This document shows positions 55,201 to 62,242 of a stretch of DNA of 64,000 nt, in pieces. The notes beneath the pieces were generated by a model that was given only the letters and a program-made list of their open reading frames with translations, had not been told where the DNA came from and made no database searches. The first letter of the stretch is position 1; each line of letters begins with the position of its first letter. Origin of the DNA: Clostridia bacterium (lineage in GTDB: Bacteria > Bacillota > Clostridia > Christensenellales > DTU072). The DNA is taken from positions 5,002 to 69,001 of the forward strand of contig DAOSYK010000007.1 of assembly GCA_035381305.1 (NCBI GenBank), read 5' to 3'. Both the position numbers and the translations under genes were made by a program.

Positions 55201-58200
55201 ACTCGGGTCGTAGACGACCACGCCGCCCATGTTGACGTCGAGTTCTTCTATATCCTTATACTTGTTGGCTTCGGTTGTGTCTGACGAGGAGTAGAATTCT
55301 ACCTTCTGCGGGTCTTTGCTGAGCACCTTAATGCACAAGGTTATGTCCTGGAAGCCCGAAATGACGCTTCCCACCTTGGCGACAACCTGCGTCGTCATGG
55401 GGATTTCGGTGGAGAGATTGAAGTAGTATCCGCCATCCTGCGCGTTGTAGACGATGACGGGATTGCCTTCATCAAAGTTCTTCCACTCGATGCCCGCAAA
55501 GGTGTGGCTGCTTATCCTGTTGCCGTTTTTATCTCTGAAGTAGATGACAATGCGGTCGGGAAGGCGTTTTGTCGCGTTATTCAGCGGGTCTATCTGGTAA
55601 TAGCCTATCGTGTTGGAGCCGATACCGATTGCCGAAGGCGTGAATGTGACGCCGTTGACTTCGTCGTATTCGCTGACCCCGATATCGTCAACGTCGAGCT
55701 GCGGGCACTCCACTTTGACCTTAAGCACTATTTCGCTGAACCACGGGTCGGCGTCTGTGCCGCTTATCATGGGTATGGCTACTTTTCGTCCGCCTTCGTA
55801 TCTGTACAGGCACAGAGTGTACCTGAGGTTAAGCGTAGCTGTGTCGATGTCGGAATTATTCTTGGTCGGTGTGGGCGCCTTTTCGGAAATTATCTGTCCG
55901 TTTTCGTCCCTTTCGACATTGCTTATATAGAAAGGACGGTTGATGAGGTTGCCCACTCTGTAGAACGTGTTGGGCCGGAACTCTGTCGGCTCTTCGAGCG
56001 CTGTGTAGAAATACGGATCGCCCGTCGTGCCCGAGCCTTGCCTTGTAAAGTAGCTTTCAAAATCGGTGGCAAAATCGGCCGGTTCTTCGGTTAGGAGGTC
56101 GTATTCGTAGAAGTACGAGCCCATACTGCCGATGTTGGTGATTTCTTCGTCCGACCAGTCGATGCCGTAGGGGCGTACTCTGTAGTTGCCGTTCTGGTCG
56201 AGGTCGTAGACGTAGCTGAAGTCAAATATGCGCCTGAACTCCTTGCCCGTATTGTCCTTGAAGACAAATATCGGTCTTGCGGGGACTATAAAGCTCGCCG
56301 AGTCGTAGTAATTGGCAATATAGTGGCCGTTTATCTCCACGCCGTTTAATTCGTATGTGCTGAAATCATCGTTTTCGGCAAATATAACCCTGTCGAACTT
56401 TCTTTCTTCAACAACTACGCGCAAGGCGATAAGCTGTCCCTCGAAATAGGTGTGGAGGAAGATAATCCCGCCGCCGGGATTGATGTTTTCCTCAATGTTG
56501 AGGTTGGAGCCCGAGTACTGGTCGAGGCGCCACTCGTAGAAAGCCATAGTGTTGTCGCTCAGTTTGTTGGCGTAGTCTTTTGCGATATATTCTTCCTTGA
56601 CTTCCTTGGCGCGCAGAATGCTGTTTGCCGCGTTGAACTGTATGCTGAATTCGTAGGTCTTGAAGTAGTCTATATTGAACGCGATTTCGGCGTTCTTGAC
56701 CTTCTCGGGGAACTCCGCCGAGCTGTACTGGGTGGGGTTAAAGTTGTTGGTGTTCATGAAGAACTCGTACTTGGCGAGTATATAGTCGTACGGGTCTATG
56801 GAAATGGTGTCGACAACGGGCACGTTTTCGGCCTTGATTTCGGTGTCGGCATTGTAAAGGTCGGTGGTCGCGATGGCGATAATCTCCCTGTTGGTGACGA
56901 TTATCCTGACGGGGTACGTCGCTTGTCCCATGGTGCCGGGAGCGATTGTCACGGTTGTGACCATCATTTCGCCGCGAAGGGTTATGCTCTCCCAGTCGAT
57001 GCCCCATGCCGCATTATGGCTTATCGTCGCCGTCTTTGTCTTGGGCGTGTCGACGATTGTGGAAACCGTCTCGGCAAGCGGCTCGGCAGGCTCCATGACG
57101 TAGAGCGGAATGGGTATCACTTCTTCCCCTATCTTTACGCCGTCGTCGTCAAAAAGCTCCACGACGTTGTACTGATCTTCGGGAGAGTAGTACTTGTTGT
57201 TGTTAAGCCCCGTCACTATGCAGATTTCTTCGGAAATTCTGCTGGTTATGAGAAGATAGTACCTTCTCACCCTGCCCATGAAGGTTCCGTCAATCCTTGG
57301 CGCGTACTGGGTCTTTTCCTCGTTGGTTATCTCTATCGATTTCTCGTCGTAGTCAAACAGGTAGTTCCTGCTGGTCTCAAGCTCTATGTAGATGTTTTCG
57401 CCCGTTTCGGTATCCTTCAGGGCGAGGTTGTCGTTATAAAAGAAATAGGTAGTCATACTCTCGGAGTTCTTTCCGTCGTAGTAGACCCTGTCGCGTATGC
57501 CCTGCCACTTAATATAGATTCTGCCGCCGTCGTTGACGATATATCTCTCCTCGATCTTGACTTCCTCTCCCTCATAGTCGAGGTAACAGAAATCGCCGTC
57601 GGGATTCTGGTAGACAAGTCCGCTGAGTTTTTCAAAGGCAAACATTACCTTGGTAATATCTTGGTTGTCGGGACCTTGGTTGTTGAAGAAGGAGTTGGAG
57701 CCGTTTTCAATGGGTTCGCGCGTAAATTTCACTATTCCCGACTCTATCTTTTCGCGCATTGGGATCTTGACTTCGGTCTCCACGCCGTCCACTATGCGGG
57801 TTTCGTAGGTGTATCTCTGCTCGTAGTAGATTATGCCGTTTTCCCTGTAAACGCCCTCATAGTACACCTGGAGCCTGTAGTCGTCGCAGACTCTGAACAC
57901 GTACTTGAAGGGATTGTAGACGTCGTGATAGTCGGTATAGAAGTAGGTGGGAATGGTCTCCTGTAAAATTGCGTCCTCGTGGTATGGGCTGTAGAAGGTC
58001 ATGTCGTAGAACTGACCGACTTCATAAAGGGCGTAGTCTTTCTTTACGCTTTCAAGACCCCGCACTCTATAGCTGAAGCCTGCGTCAAACTTGATGTTAC
58101 CGATAAGGCTCTTGACGCGGAAGAGGTTCTGCACCGTTTCGTTGGAGGTCGTAATCTCAATCTTTTCGGGCTGGGCGACAACGTAGCTGTCTTCCATGAG

Positions 58201-60777
58201 CGCGAAAAGTATGGTCGTAATGGAGAGGTTCAGGTCGCTCTTTCCGAGGTCGGCGGCGTCGTCTTTTATCGACGTGTTGTTCATATACGCCTGCATGGAC
58301 GCCATGAACACGTCCTCACGTATCTTCACCTTGGGGATGCGGCGCGTCTTACCGTCCTTTTCGTATACGCACTGAATGTCTACCCATACGTAGCCGAGTT
58401 CGTCCTCGGAGTCGGGCAGTCGGTCGTAGACCTTGTTATTGAATGCGACGTCGTCGGACGCCAGCCTTATAAGCACGCTGGCTTCGCGGCCGGTTATCCA
58501 CACTTCGAGGTTGAAGCTGCTCCTGCCGCCTTTATGGAATACCCCCTCGACTTCCTGGTCGAGCACGAACTGGTCGTAGGTAAGGTTAAAGCTTACGCCA
58601 GCCTCGGGCGCAAGCTGATAGACGGTGTTTTTGCCCGAACTGTCGCCGATGGTGGCGCCCAATAGTTTGCTCAGGTCCACAACTTCGGCAGTGCTGAACA
58701 TGAAGTTGCCGTCCATTGTGGCGCTGTAGGTGTAGATCTGTCCGAGTGGTTTAAAGTTGCTGAAATTGACTTCTGCGATGTCGACGTATTCACCGAACTT
58801 GGTGGGAATTACGTCCAACTGGAATATCATTATGCTGGGTTCGCCTATCTTCACGCCTACGTCCGTGAACATCTTGACGGTGATTTCGTTGGTGTCTACG
58901 TTCAAAGTGAAGGTGAAATAGGTCTTGTCGAGCATGATTTCGGCGCTCGCAACGCCCAATATCGTCGCAATCTGGTCCATGGAGTAGGGGCTGAACGAGT
59001 CGATGATGTTGATGATCTGTCTCGTGGTGTAAGTGCCCTTGCCGGTCTGCTTCAATACCTCTTTTACAAGGGGCATGTCGACGGTCAATGTAACCGTGTT
59101 TTTACTGAAAATGTCCCCCGCAATCTTCTCGGTGGAACTCATGTTGTATTCCATGATATAGTCGAGCAGGCTGTTTTCCTTGTCCGACTGGTCGGGGCTT
59201 AGAATACTGTCGACAATACTTATGATGACGTCGTCGACAATCTTTTTCCAGCTGTCCAATGCGTGCGCAAGGTTAATGCTGTCGTCGTAGACTTTGGGGA
59301 AGCCCAATTCGTCAAGCGCGATGGCTCCGTACAGGTATTCAAGACCGCTTATGTCGAGGTAGGACAGTTCGTTCTTGTAATAAAGACCCATCATCAACTC
59401 GCCGTTGGCTATGTCGCGGAACTCCATAAACACGTTGTTGGTTTTGTTGTCAAACCTGTTCATGTCGGTACGGATGAGCGCGTCGTAATTGCTGTTGAGC
59501 ATGGGGATGTATAAGTTGCCGACAAACTCATAGCGGCCGTTTTCGAAAAGCTTGTAGTAATCCTTGTCGAGCTTCATGTCCTCGGGCGGATATGCGCCGT
59601 ATTCGAAGCTCAGGTCGGATACATAGTCGTAAAGGTCGCCGCCCCTGTCGGTCGCCGTGCCGTCAAACGTTATGAACGCGCCCGTCACTATTTCCTTGGT
59701 GCCCTCGGGGTTTAGCTGCGTAAAGAACTGCATGTCGCTGTTTATCGTGTTGGTAACGGCGTTGGCAACCGTGGAGAACTTGAACCCTAAGTATTTTCGG
59801 GTCAGCGGGTCGATTCTGTCCCGGAAGGGACGAAAGATTTTCTGATAGAAGTCGGTGATTTTACCGGCGAGCGCGGTACCTGCAAGGTTGTAGAAAAGGG
59901 TGCTGGTGACGGGGTCGTTAAGGACGACTTTATAGTTGTCGTCGACGGCGAGGCGTAAGAATTCGCCGATTATGCCCGTTCCCGCGTCGTCCTGACCGTT
60001 TAAGGAGACGAGAAGTTTTTCAATGGAAATGCTGGTGAGCAGCCTGATAAGCTGTCTGTAAAGCACGGTGTCGCCGAAGTCGAGGAAGTACCTCTTGCTG
60101 CCCTGTATGTTGAGGTAAAGGATGTTGCCGGGGTCGTCGGCGTTGTTGTTGATGCCGTCGTAGTACATACCGATGAGCATCTGATTGGTGACGCCGTCGT
60201 ACCATTCGATGAGGATGTTGCTCTTCTTGATGACTTCGTTGTGGATGTCCTCTGCCTTGGTCAGAATGCGTGTGTTCTTGTCGTTCTGCTCGTCGTAATA
60301 GGTGCCGTTGGACTTGTCGTAATATTTAAAGACCGCCTTGACCGGCACAAGGGTGCCTTCGGCGTTCTGCGTCTCGTAGTATTTGCCCGTGGTTTCGTCA
60401 TGGTACTTGACTACCTGGGTGCCTTCTTCGTAAGGGTAGGTGTAGAGATGTGCCTGTATTTTCAGGCGGAAGTTTCCGCCCTGAAGGGTCTTTGGATTTA
60501 CGGTGTTAATGTTGAACTCAACTCCCATGTAGTAACCGGTGGTTGCCATGCTGGTCTCGTTGAGGTAGTCTCTGAGGTTGGTGATACTTTCCTGAACGTG
60601 CTCGATCGCCTGCTCTTCGGTGGTGTTGTTTTTGAGCTGCTTGTTGTACTCGTTGTCGTTTATGTAAAACTTGGCTTCGTTCTGGCTTCCCTCGTTGAAT
60701 TCGCAAGCGGCCGCAGTCAGCACAATGAGCGCCGACAGTATGCATAAAAGTAAGATCTTCACGATGCGGTTTTTCAT
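49201..60777 (-). CDS. giant predicted lipoprotein B (3,858 aa), paralog of A over the N-terminal ~800 aa, family unassigned
   Basis: Uninterrupted 11,577-nt ORF. Signal peptide MKNRIVKILLLCILSALIVLTAAAC. The N-terminal module aligns by eye with protein A. TGA stop lies 13 nt before the ATG of A. Confidence 0.9.
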   Translation of the reverse strand: MKNRIVKILLLCILSALIVLTAAACEFNEGSQNEAKFYINDNEYNKQLKNNTTEEQAIEHVQESITNLRDYLNETSMATTGYYMGVEFNINTVNPKTLQGGNFRLKIQAHLYTYPYEEGTQVVKYHDETTGKYYETQNAEGTLVPVKAVFKYYDKSNGTYYDEQNDKNTRILTKAEDIHNEVIKKSNILIEWYDGVTNQMLIGMYYDGINNNADDPGNILYLNIQGSKRYFLDFGDTVLYRQLIRLLTSISIEKLLVSLNGQDDAGTGIIGEFLRLAVDDNYKVVLNDPVTSTLFYNLAGTALAGKITDFYQKIFRPFRDRIDPLTRKYLGFKFSTVANAVTNTINSDMQFFTQLNPEGTKEIVTGAFITFDGTATDRGGDLYDYVSDLSFEYGAYPPEDMKLDKDYYKLFENGRYEFVGNLYIPMLNSNYDALIRTDMNRFDNKTNNVFMEFRDIANGELMMGLYYKNELSYLDISGLEYLYGAIALDELGFPKVYDDSINLAHALDSWKKIVDDVIISIVDSILSPDQSDKENSLLDYIMEYNMSSTEKIAGDIFSKNTVTLTVDMPLVKEVLKQTGKGTYTTRQIINIIDSFSPYSMDQIATILGVASAEIMLDKTYFTFTLNVDTNEITVKMFTDVGVKIGEPSIMIFQLDVIPTKFGEYVDIAEVNFSNFKPLGQIYTYSATMDGNFMFSTAEVVDLSKLLGATIGDSSGKNTVYQLAPEAGVSFNLTYDQFVLDQEVEGVFHKGGRSSFNLEVWITGREASVLIRLASDDVAFNNKVYDRLPDSEDELGYVWVDIQCVYEKDGKTRRIPKVKIREDVFMASMQAYMNNTSIKDDAADLGKSDLNLSITTILFALMEDSYVVAQPEKIEITTSNETVQNLFRVKSLIGNIKFDAGFSYRVRGLESVKKDYALYEVGQFYDMTFYSPYHEDAILQETIPTYFYTDYHDVYNPFKYVFRVCDDYRLQVYYEGVYRENGIIYYEQRYTYETRIVDGVETEVKIPMREKIESGIVKFTREPIENGSNSFFNNQGPDNQDITKVMFAFEKLSGLVYQNPDGDFCYLDYEGEEVKIEERYIVNDGGRIYIKWQGIRDRVYYDGKNSESMTTYFFYNDNLALKDTETGENIYIELETSRNYLFDYDEKSIEITNEEKTQYAPRIDGTFMGRVRRYYLLITSRISEEICIVTGLNNNKYYSPEDQYNVVELFDDDGVKIGEEVIPIPLYVMEPAEPLAETVSTIVDTPKTKTATISHNAAWGIDWESITLRGEMMVTTVTIAPGTMGQATYPVRIIVTNREIIAIATTDLYNADTEIKAENVPVVDTISIDPYDYILAKYEFFMNTNNFNPTQYSSAEFPEKVKNAEIAFNIDYFKTYEFSIQFNAANSILRAKEVKEEYIAKDYANKLSDNTMAFYEWRLDQYSGSNLNIEENINPGGGIIFLHTYFEGQLIALRVVVEERKFDRVIFAENDDFSTYELNGVEINGHYIANYYDSASFIVPARPIFVFKDNTGKEFRRIFDFSYVYDLDQNGNYRVRPYGIDWSDEEITNIGSMGSYFYEYDLLTEEPADFATDFESYFTRQGSGTTGDPYFYTALEEPTEFRPNTFYRVGNLINRPFYISNVERDENGQIISEKAPTPTKNNSDIDTATLNLRYTLCLYRYEGGRKVAIPMISGTDADPWFSEIVLKVKVECPQLDVDDIGVSEYDEVNGVTFTPSAIGIGSNTIGYYQIDPLNNATKRLPDRIVIYFRDKNGNRISSHTFAGIEWKNFDEGNPVIVYNAQDGGYYFNLSTEIPMTTQVVAKVGSVISGFQDITLCIKVLSKDPQKVEFYSSSDTTEANKYKDIEELDVNMGGVVVYDPSTDQGVIVSDRNYVSYVYYVDTFGNFNLPAYLAATFGTADNRRIEIYETDWRAVVGNVPVYRPDSIVTLVTTIGDGEVTIDIYLSVVVKNYTISRIDLTSPLQNYYVKVGDNINYRYVTLLDLYQRSILDENKLGFYFLDPETLRESYIVVSTGSAYDGAVSIGKIGLYLRRGDDYELQNEMYPYDFINSLYSGMNIIFAPEQTVTYWQYPFDYENVYVRLHNGTDSSITKKLSEVARIRYVYDYSRQKDTVTVEYSIVEGMEFYLQLTQGNLLKLYSDASMIEETAVTVSLQELTNAIIFREMTKDIVSQTIDSTEKDGETNTFSQVVALADSYGYSRGVYTFYNEFGNEIVFDYITLRDGGTETRMSYQELIYRLNYYRNHLIEGRTPDMISNKVTAITDMQGIFNINDIVISQTEVFRESTKYKINIGTGANSYDLTLRLIFSGGLTTGILTDDITVYAYNANGYAQYGEMGYVLGNEIIATITATKQDITLGEMTYNFGYPDTEKLVYWYVEASGYPQIVPGTIITAIPQQVVYANSDETITLSTLTGQGFRIRRTFSFIGVADNINSYNSVNSDLKIENGIIYIKDIYNYFPLTSYFATAGMLPSTIEIDTGRQMIRVSDVQWKILNTWNDGTSGKLYDMTYLGTYNAAMGFNSNDRIAEADILGWSMVVDGRTVQMDTVKVQLYINIDSAEVVSLPWKERNPKLDTMTIRENDENVFVVDVDAYNDSTSPAINGQNLVLPASITVKYSSGLTHTFNNVEYRFRNVPVRNIPYNIQGINIASLAVALGFPQTYFDRQVINLTVDLGLGQQITIRFRFYDKTIENIVAVVELDDQEIRSRISSAMSAIASRTESTLIDKFNLTRIELNLENLVLQARQIRERMTIPTVTQIAEVVNNADAIRVLLKAAFDGITDYGAASPDPKQAYPADYCWDYAYAVMSAYIDNDANLSPYISNIQRNKSSNTKIAEFIDACYNDMVIRCYETIIYNYVEEELLRVLIGYTEDIGPVQLNYAIYYKNIFEAYIDVEAIIKGIYRVNELYDSGVYTPARRDDEITRVFADNITLAETNARKDTGNNVEMSEMIGNIFKAQLGLISGYGVYGPVTGYTVDDFINNSLNATKVEMREIINGMIDRAMDFSYEVGGVPTLTQQMRDIINLSVRQAYATTASLNTSIAAIRSNITTGISNATAIQTLFTRAVGNYVSKVYMESKIAAEIKRVQKEGVRTDSYYILDPYGDYLYVPTRLIADFNEDRGGFSYTFRVTWSNDTVSGKATAQGNARADEYAYIEMWLRIYEKYMNYEISREKLDELLLTATPEITWAEIKTENVAIYDILMNIQQNLTRTFENYGLYPESLSIDEKSIILYTYYRAGQNLYNRAKNEPFTINTSWGMNSDEIVRTFDEYKYVTLTASLYLATTMETQQLRMVVKVLDRTVDPGDIKIKDKEGTVYTEYVIENPFTQTVDDIPGFVTIGGVDYPVIWKNVTIRPAGNLGAADKTIYGNIKNSNGQQVSLRLVVNKWAYTGMRYLSGTNPDGSDKFTYMNQNGYLSFYFNGYQEYSSEDYYQVVFNVYSSSSGQSTARFVNFYPEDSRLLVNTTNDDDMEEVKQRKAYIIYWDTNVKAAVINSASNAVNSEGSVFLGNATVGQFNLTGLSDTSVSGVVTRGKYYYEEMVIDKIQLIDIDSGIYYEDVRPYLMARSGETTLVTDPTMYLPVSGKVQIHNGLVDYTYSDIKVRLVWNASYEAAINRLEGFVRYSYPDTATNEVTSRAKNILMNFDRSETEEAQLVKDAMAYVKYRDGCTHLGIECDRCELEAYKLLCLRERYDYTGNESYLAGGINGNRDITVIVQVGKSIALYTTTVKVKVVFGDFTSKGYYYLVDAGQSETDPDNYAQYGIVASNALPATVYIAVRTNYWNAAQVRNSYAAEGIISPYNTTDTYIYKLLDMFNEIDVDKPHTAGYNLIKVTDIVYGGIRYGQVSSTSFKINGITYISDLITFMVE
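60703..60777 (-). other. signal peptide (probable lipoprotein type) of giant protein B
   Basis: K/R-containing N-terminus, hydrophobic core, A-A-A-C at residues 22-25. The -3 position is Ala rather than Leu, so the lipobox is slightly atypical. Confidence 0.6.
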
Positions 60778-60795
60778 GCTGGCCTTTTCCTTCGG

Positions 60796-60821
60796 TCAAA
60801 AGGGCAGAATACCCCTTTTGA
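60796..60821 (-). promoter_or_regulatory. 5' UTR stem-loop of the giant-gene transcript
   Basis: Perfect 9-bp stem TCAAAAGGG / CCCTTTTGA with an 8-nt loop. It starts about 8 nt after the predicted transcription start and ends about 10 nt before the GAAGGAAAAGG RBS. No U-run follows, so it is not a terminator. Confidence 0.5.
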
Positions 60822-60835
60822 TTACTTGTATAGAT

Positions 60836-60863
60836 ATTATATCATAACAGGCGCGCTTGTCAA
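60836..60863 (-). promoter_or_regulatory. near-consensus SigA promoter with extended -10, driving the giant-gene pair
   Basis: Minus strand reads TTGACA (60858-60863), 16-nt spacer ending in TGa, then TATAAT (60836-60841). That is a perfect -35, a perfect -10 and a TGn extension. Confidence 0.65.
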
Positions 60864-61021
60864 TATGCATTCAAACTGTTTATAAAAATAATTTATTTAT
60901 GCGTAACGCGCGCGCGTGATAAGGGCTATGCCATTATTTTCCGAAAAACATCGCAAAAATTGCTTATTTCGTTTTTCCCTGATTTCTCTGTTTTTGTCTA
61001 TGCGGATTTTACGAGAGAAAC

Positions 61022-61059
61022 AAAAAAACGCGGCAGGCGAAAACTCTTCGCCTGCCGCG
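61022..61059 (-). terminator. rho-independent terminator of the rpsF-ssb-rpsR operon
   Basis: Minus strand reads CGCGGCAGGCGAagagtttTCGCCTGCCGCG followed by TTTTTTT. 12-bp GC-rich stem. Confidence 0.8.
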
Positions 61060-61087
61060 TTGTCCCGTTTAATTTGCGCCTGCCTTA

Positions 61088-61396
61088 TTATTCTCCCTTG
61101 AAGGGTAGCAAATCCATTATTCTCGCTCTCTTGATTGCTGTTGCGAGAAGTCTCTGGTGCTTGACGCAGACACCGGTGGTGCGCCTCGGAATTATCTTGC
61201 CGTTTTCGGCAACATATCTCGGCCTTCTTTCACCGCTTCTGTCATAGCTCTTTTCGCTGTTCTTCTCCATCTCTTTGGCAAGAGCGATATAATCGATTTC
61301 TTCCACTTTGTTTGCGCAGAAGGGGCAAACTTTTCTTCTCGGGGCGCGTTTGTAGTTGGTCGTGCCTTGCGCACCGCCCCTGAAATCTCTACTCAT
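61088..61396 (-). CDS. rpsR: 30S ribosomal protein S18 (with an internal ~16-aa insertion)
   Basis: RRKVCPFC...IDY...[34 protein letters not shown] is the S18 signature. Last gene of the rpsF-ssb-rpsR arrangement. Confidence 0.9.
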   Translation of the reverse strand: MSRDFRGGAQGTTNYKRAPRRKVCPFCANKVEEIDYIALAKEMEKNSEKSYDRSGERRPRYVAENGKIIPRRTTGVCVKHQRLLATAIKRARIMDLLPFKGE

Positions 61397-61473
61397 ATAG
61401 ACCTCCTGACGGACTGTGCCGTCGAACTGATTTTTAAATTCTTAAGCTCTCAGCTTATGGCGTGCCTGTCTTT

Positions 61474-61872
61474 TCAGAAAGGCAGTTTGTCGTCATCCGC
61501 AACCGGAGTAAGTTCGGAAATTCTTGCGGGCTTGGCGGGTTCGATCTCCTCGACCTGCTCGTCATCCACCTTGGACGTCAGGAACTGAACTTCGTCTGCG
61601 ACAATCTCGGTGGTATAACGCCTTACGCCGTCGCTTCCCTCATAATTCCTGTTCTGAATGCTCCCGCAGATACCAACTTTGCTGCCTTTTCTGAGATATT
61701 TGCCGCAATTTTCGGCAAGGCCTCTCCAGCACACAACCGTAAAGAAATCGGTCTCTTTTTTGTTGTAGCTGCGCGTTACCGCCACCAAAAATTTACAGTT
61801 TGCGATGTCGGAGCTGGTAATGGTTATCTCGGGGTCCTTGGTCAAATTCCCGATCAAGAAAACTTTGTTCAT
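61474..61872 (-). CDS. ssb: single-stranded DNA-binding protein
   Basis: MNKVFLIGNLTKDPE OB-fold start and an acidic C-terminal tip DDDKLPF. Confidence 0.93.
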   Translation of the reverse strand: MNKVFLIGNLTKDPEITITSSDIANCKFLVAVTRSYNKKETDFFTVVCWRGLAENCGKYLRKGSKVGICGSIQNRNYEGSDGVRRYTTEIVADEVQFLTSKVDDEQVEEIEPAKPARISELTPVADDDKLPF

Positions 61873-61883
61873 TTCTTCCTCCC

Positions 61884-62165
61884 TTAAATTCTGGTTATCA
61901 TCTGACGAATAATGTTATCGTTGTTCTTCATCTGGCGATCGATTTCGGCGGGGACTTCGCTCTGCGCGGAGAATTTCATCAGGACATAGTACCCTTCTTT
62001 CTTGTACTTGATGGGATAAGCAAGTTTCTTTGCGCCCCACTTCTCAATAGAATTTACGGTACCGCCCAGTGATTCTACCAACGCGGAAAACTTGTCGACC
62101 AAAGCCGCTTTTTCCTCTTCGCCGATATCATTGTTAATGATATACAACAACTGGTAATTGTTCAT
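61884..62165 (-). CDS. rpsF: 30S ribosomal protein S6
   Basis: YQLLYIINNDIGEEE...IEKWGAKKLAYPIKYKKEGYYVLMKF is the S6 pattern. AAGGAGG RBS. Confidence 0.9.
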   Translation of the reverse strand: MNNYQLLYIINNDIGEEEKAALVDKFSALVESLGGTVNSIEKWGAKKLAYPIKYKKEGYYVLMKFSAQSEVPAEIDRQMKNNDNIIRQMITRI

Positions 62166-62192
62166 CTAGCACCTCCTTATGGACTTAATCGG

Positions 62193-62211
62193 CTGTCTGT
62201 CGCGCAGACAG
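62193..62211 (-). promoter_or_regulatory. hairpin in the rpsF 5' leader (possible autoregulatory element)
   Basis: Perfect 7-bp stem CTGTCTG/CAGACAG with a 5-nt loop, extendable by one G:C pair. It lies about 25 nt upstream of the rpsF RBS. Confidence 0.3.
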
Positions 62212-62242
62212 CAAGGAAAGTAAAATATATTTACTGTGCATA

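Noticed and set aside
34050-60747. Many long plus-strand ORFs lie inside the giant genes, for example 39138-41162 (674 aa), 52759-54384 (541 aa), 56452-57966 (504 aa), 47754-48932 (392 aa) and 49024-50031 (335 aa).
   Set aside because: The three longest are exactly codon-aligned with the minus-strand genes: 49187-39140, 60777-52761 and 60777-56454 are all multiples of 3. In that frame an antisense stop can arise only from a sense TTA, CTA or TCA codon, which these genes avoid over hundreds of codons. The products are Val/Gly/Arg/Asp-rich mirror translations with no RBS or motifs. They are shadow ORFs, not genes.
33540-60777. The two giant ORFs might be a single gene split by a nonsense or frameshift mutation (a pseudogene).
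   Set aside because: The downstream ORF has its own Shine-Dalgarno, its own ATG and a complete lipoprotein signal peptide. Its N-terminal module is paralogous to the N-terminus of the upstream protein, not a continuation of it.
33433-61059. The giant-gene locus might be a horizontally acquired genomic island or a mobile element.
   Set aside because: I saw no integrase, transposase or recombinase gene, no flanking direct or inverted repeats, and no tRNA at either boundary (the tRNA cluster is 7 kb away). Codon style, including the TTA/CTA/TCA avoidance, looks the same as in neighbouring core genes. I could not compute GC or k-mer skew, so this rejection is qualitative.
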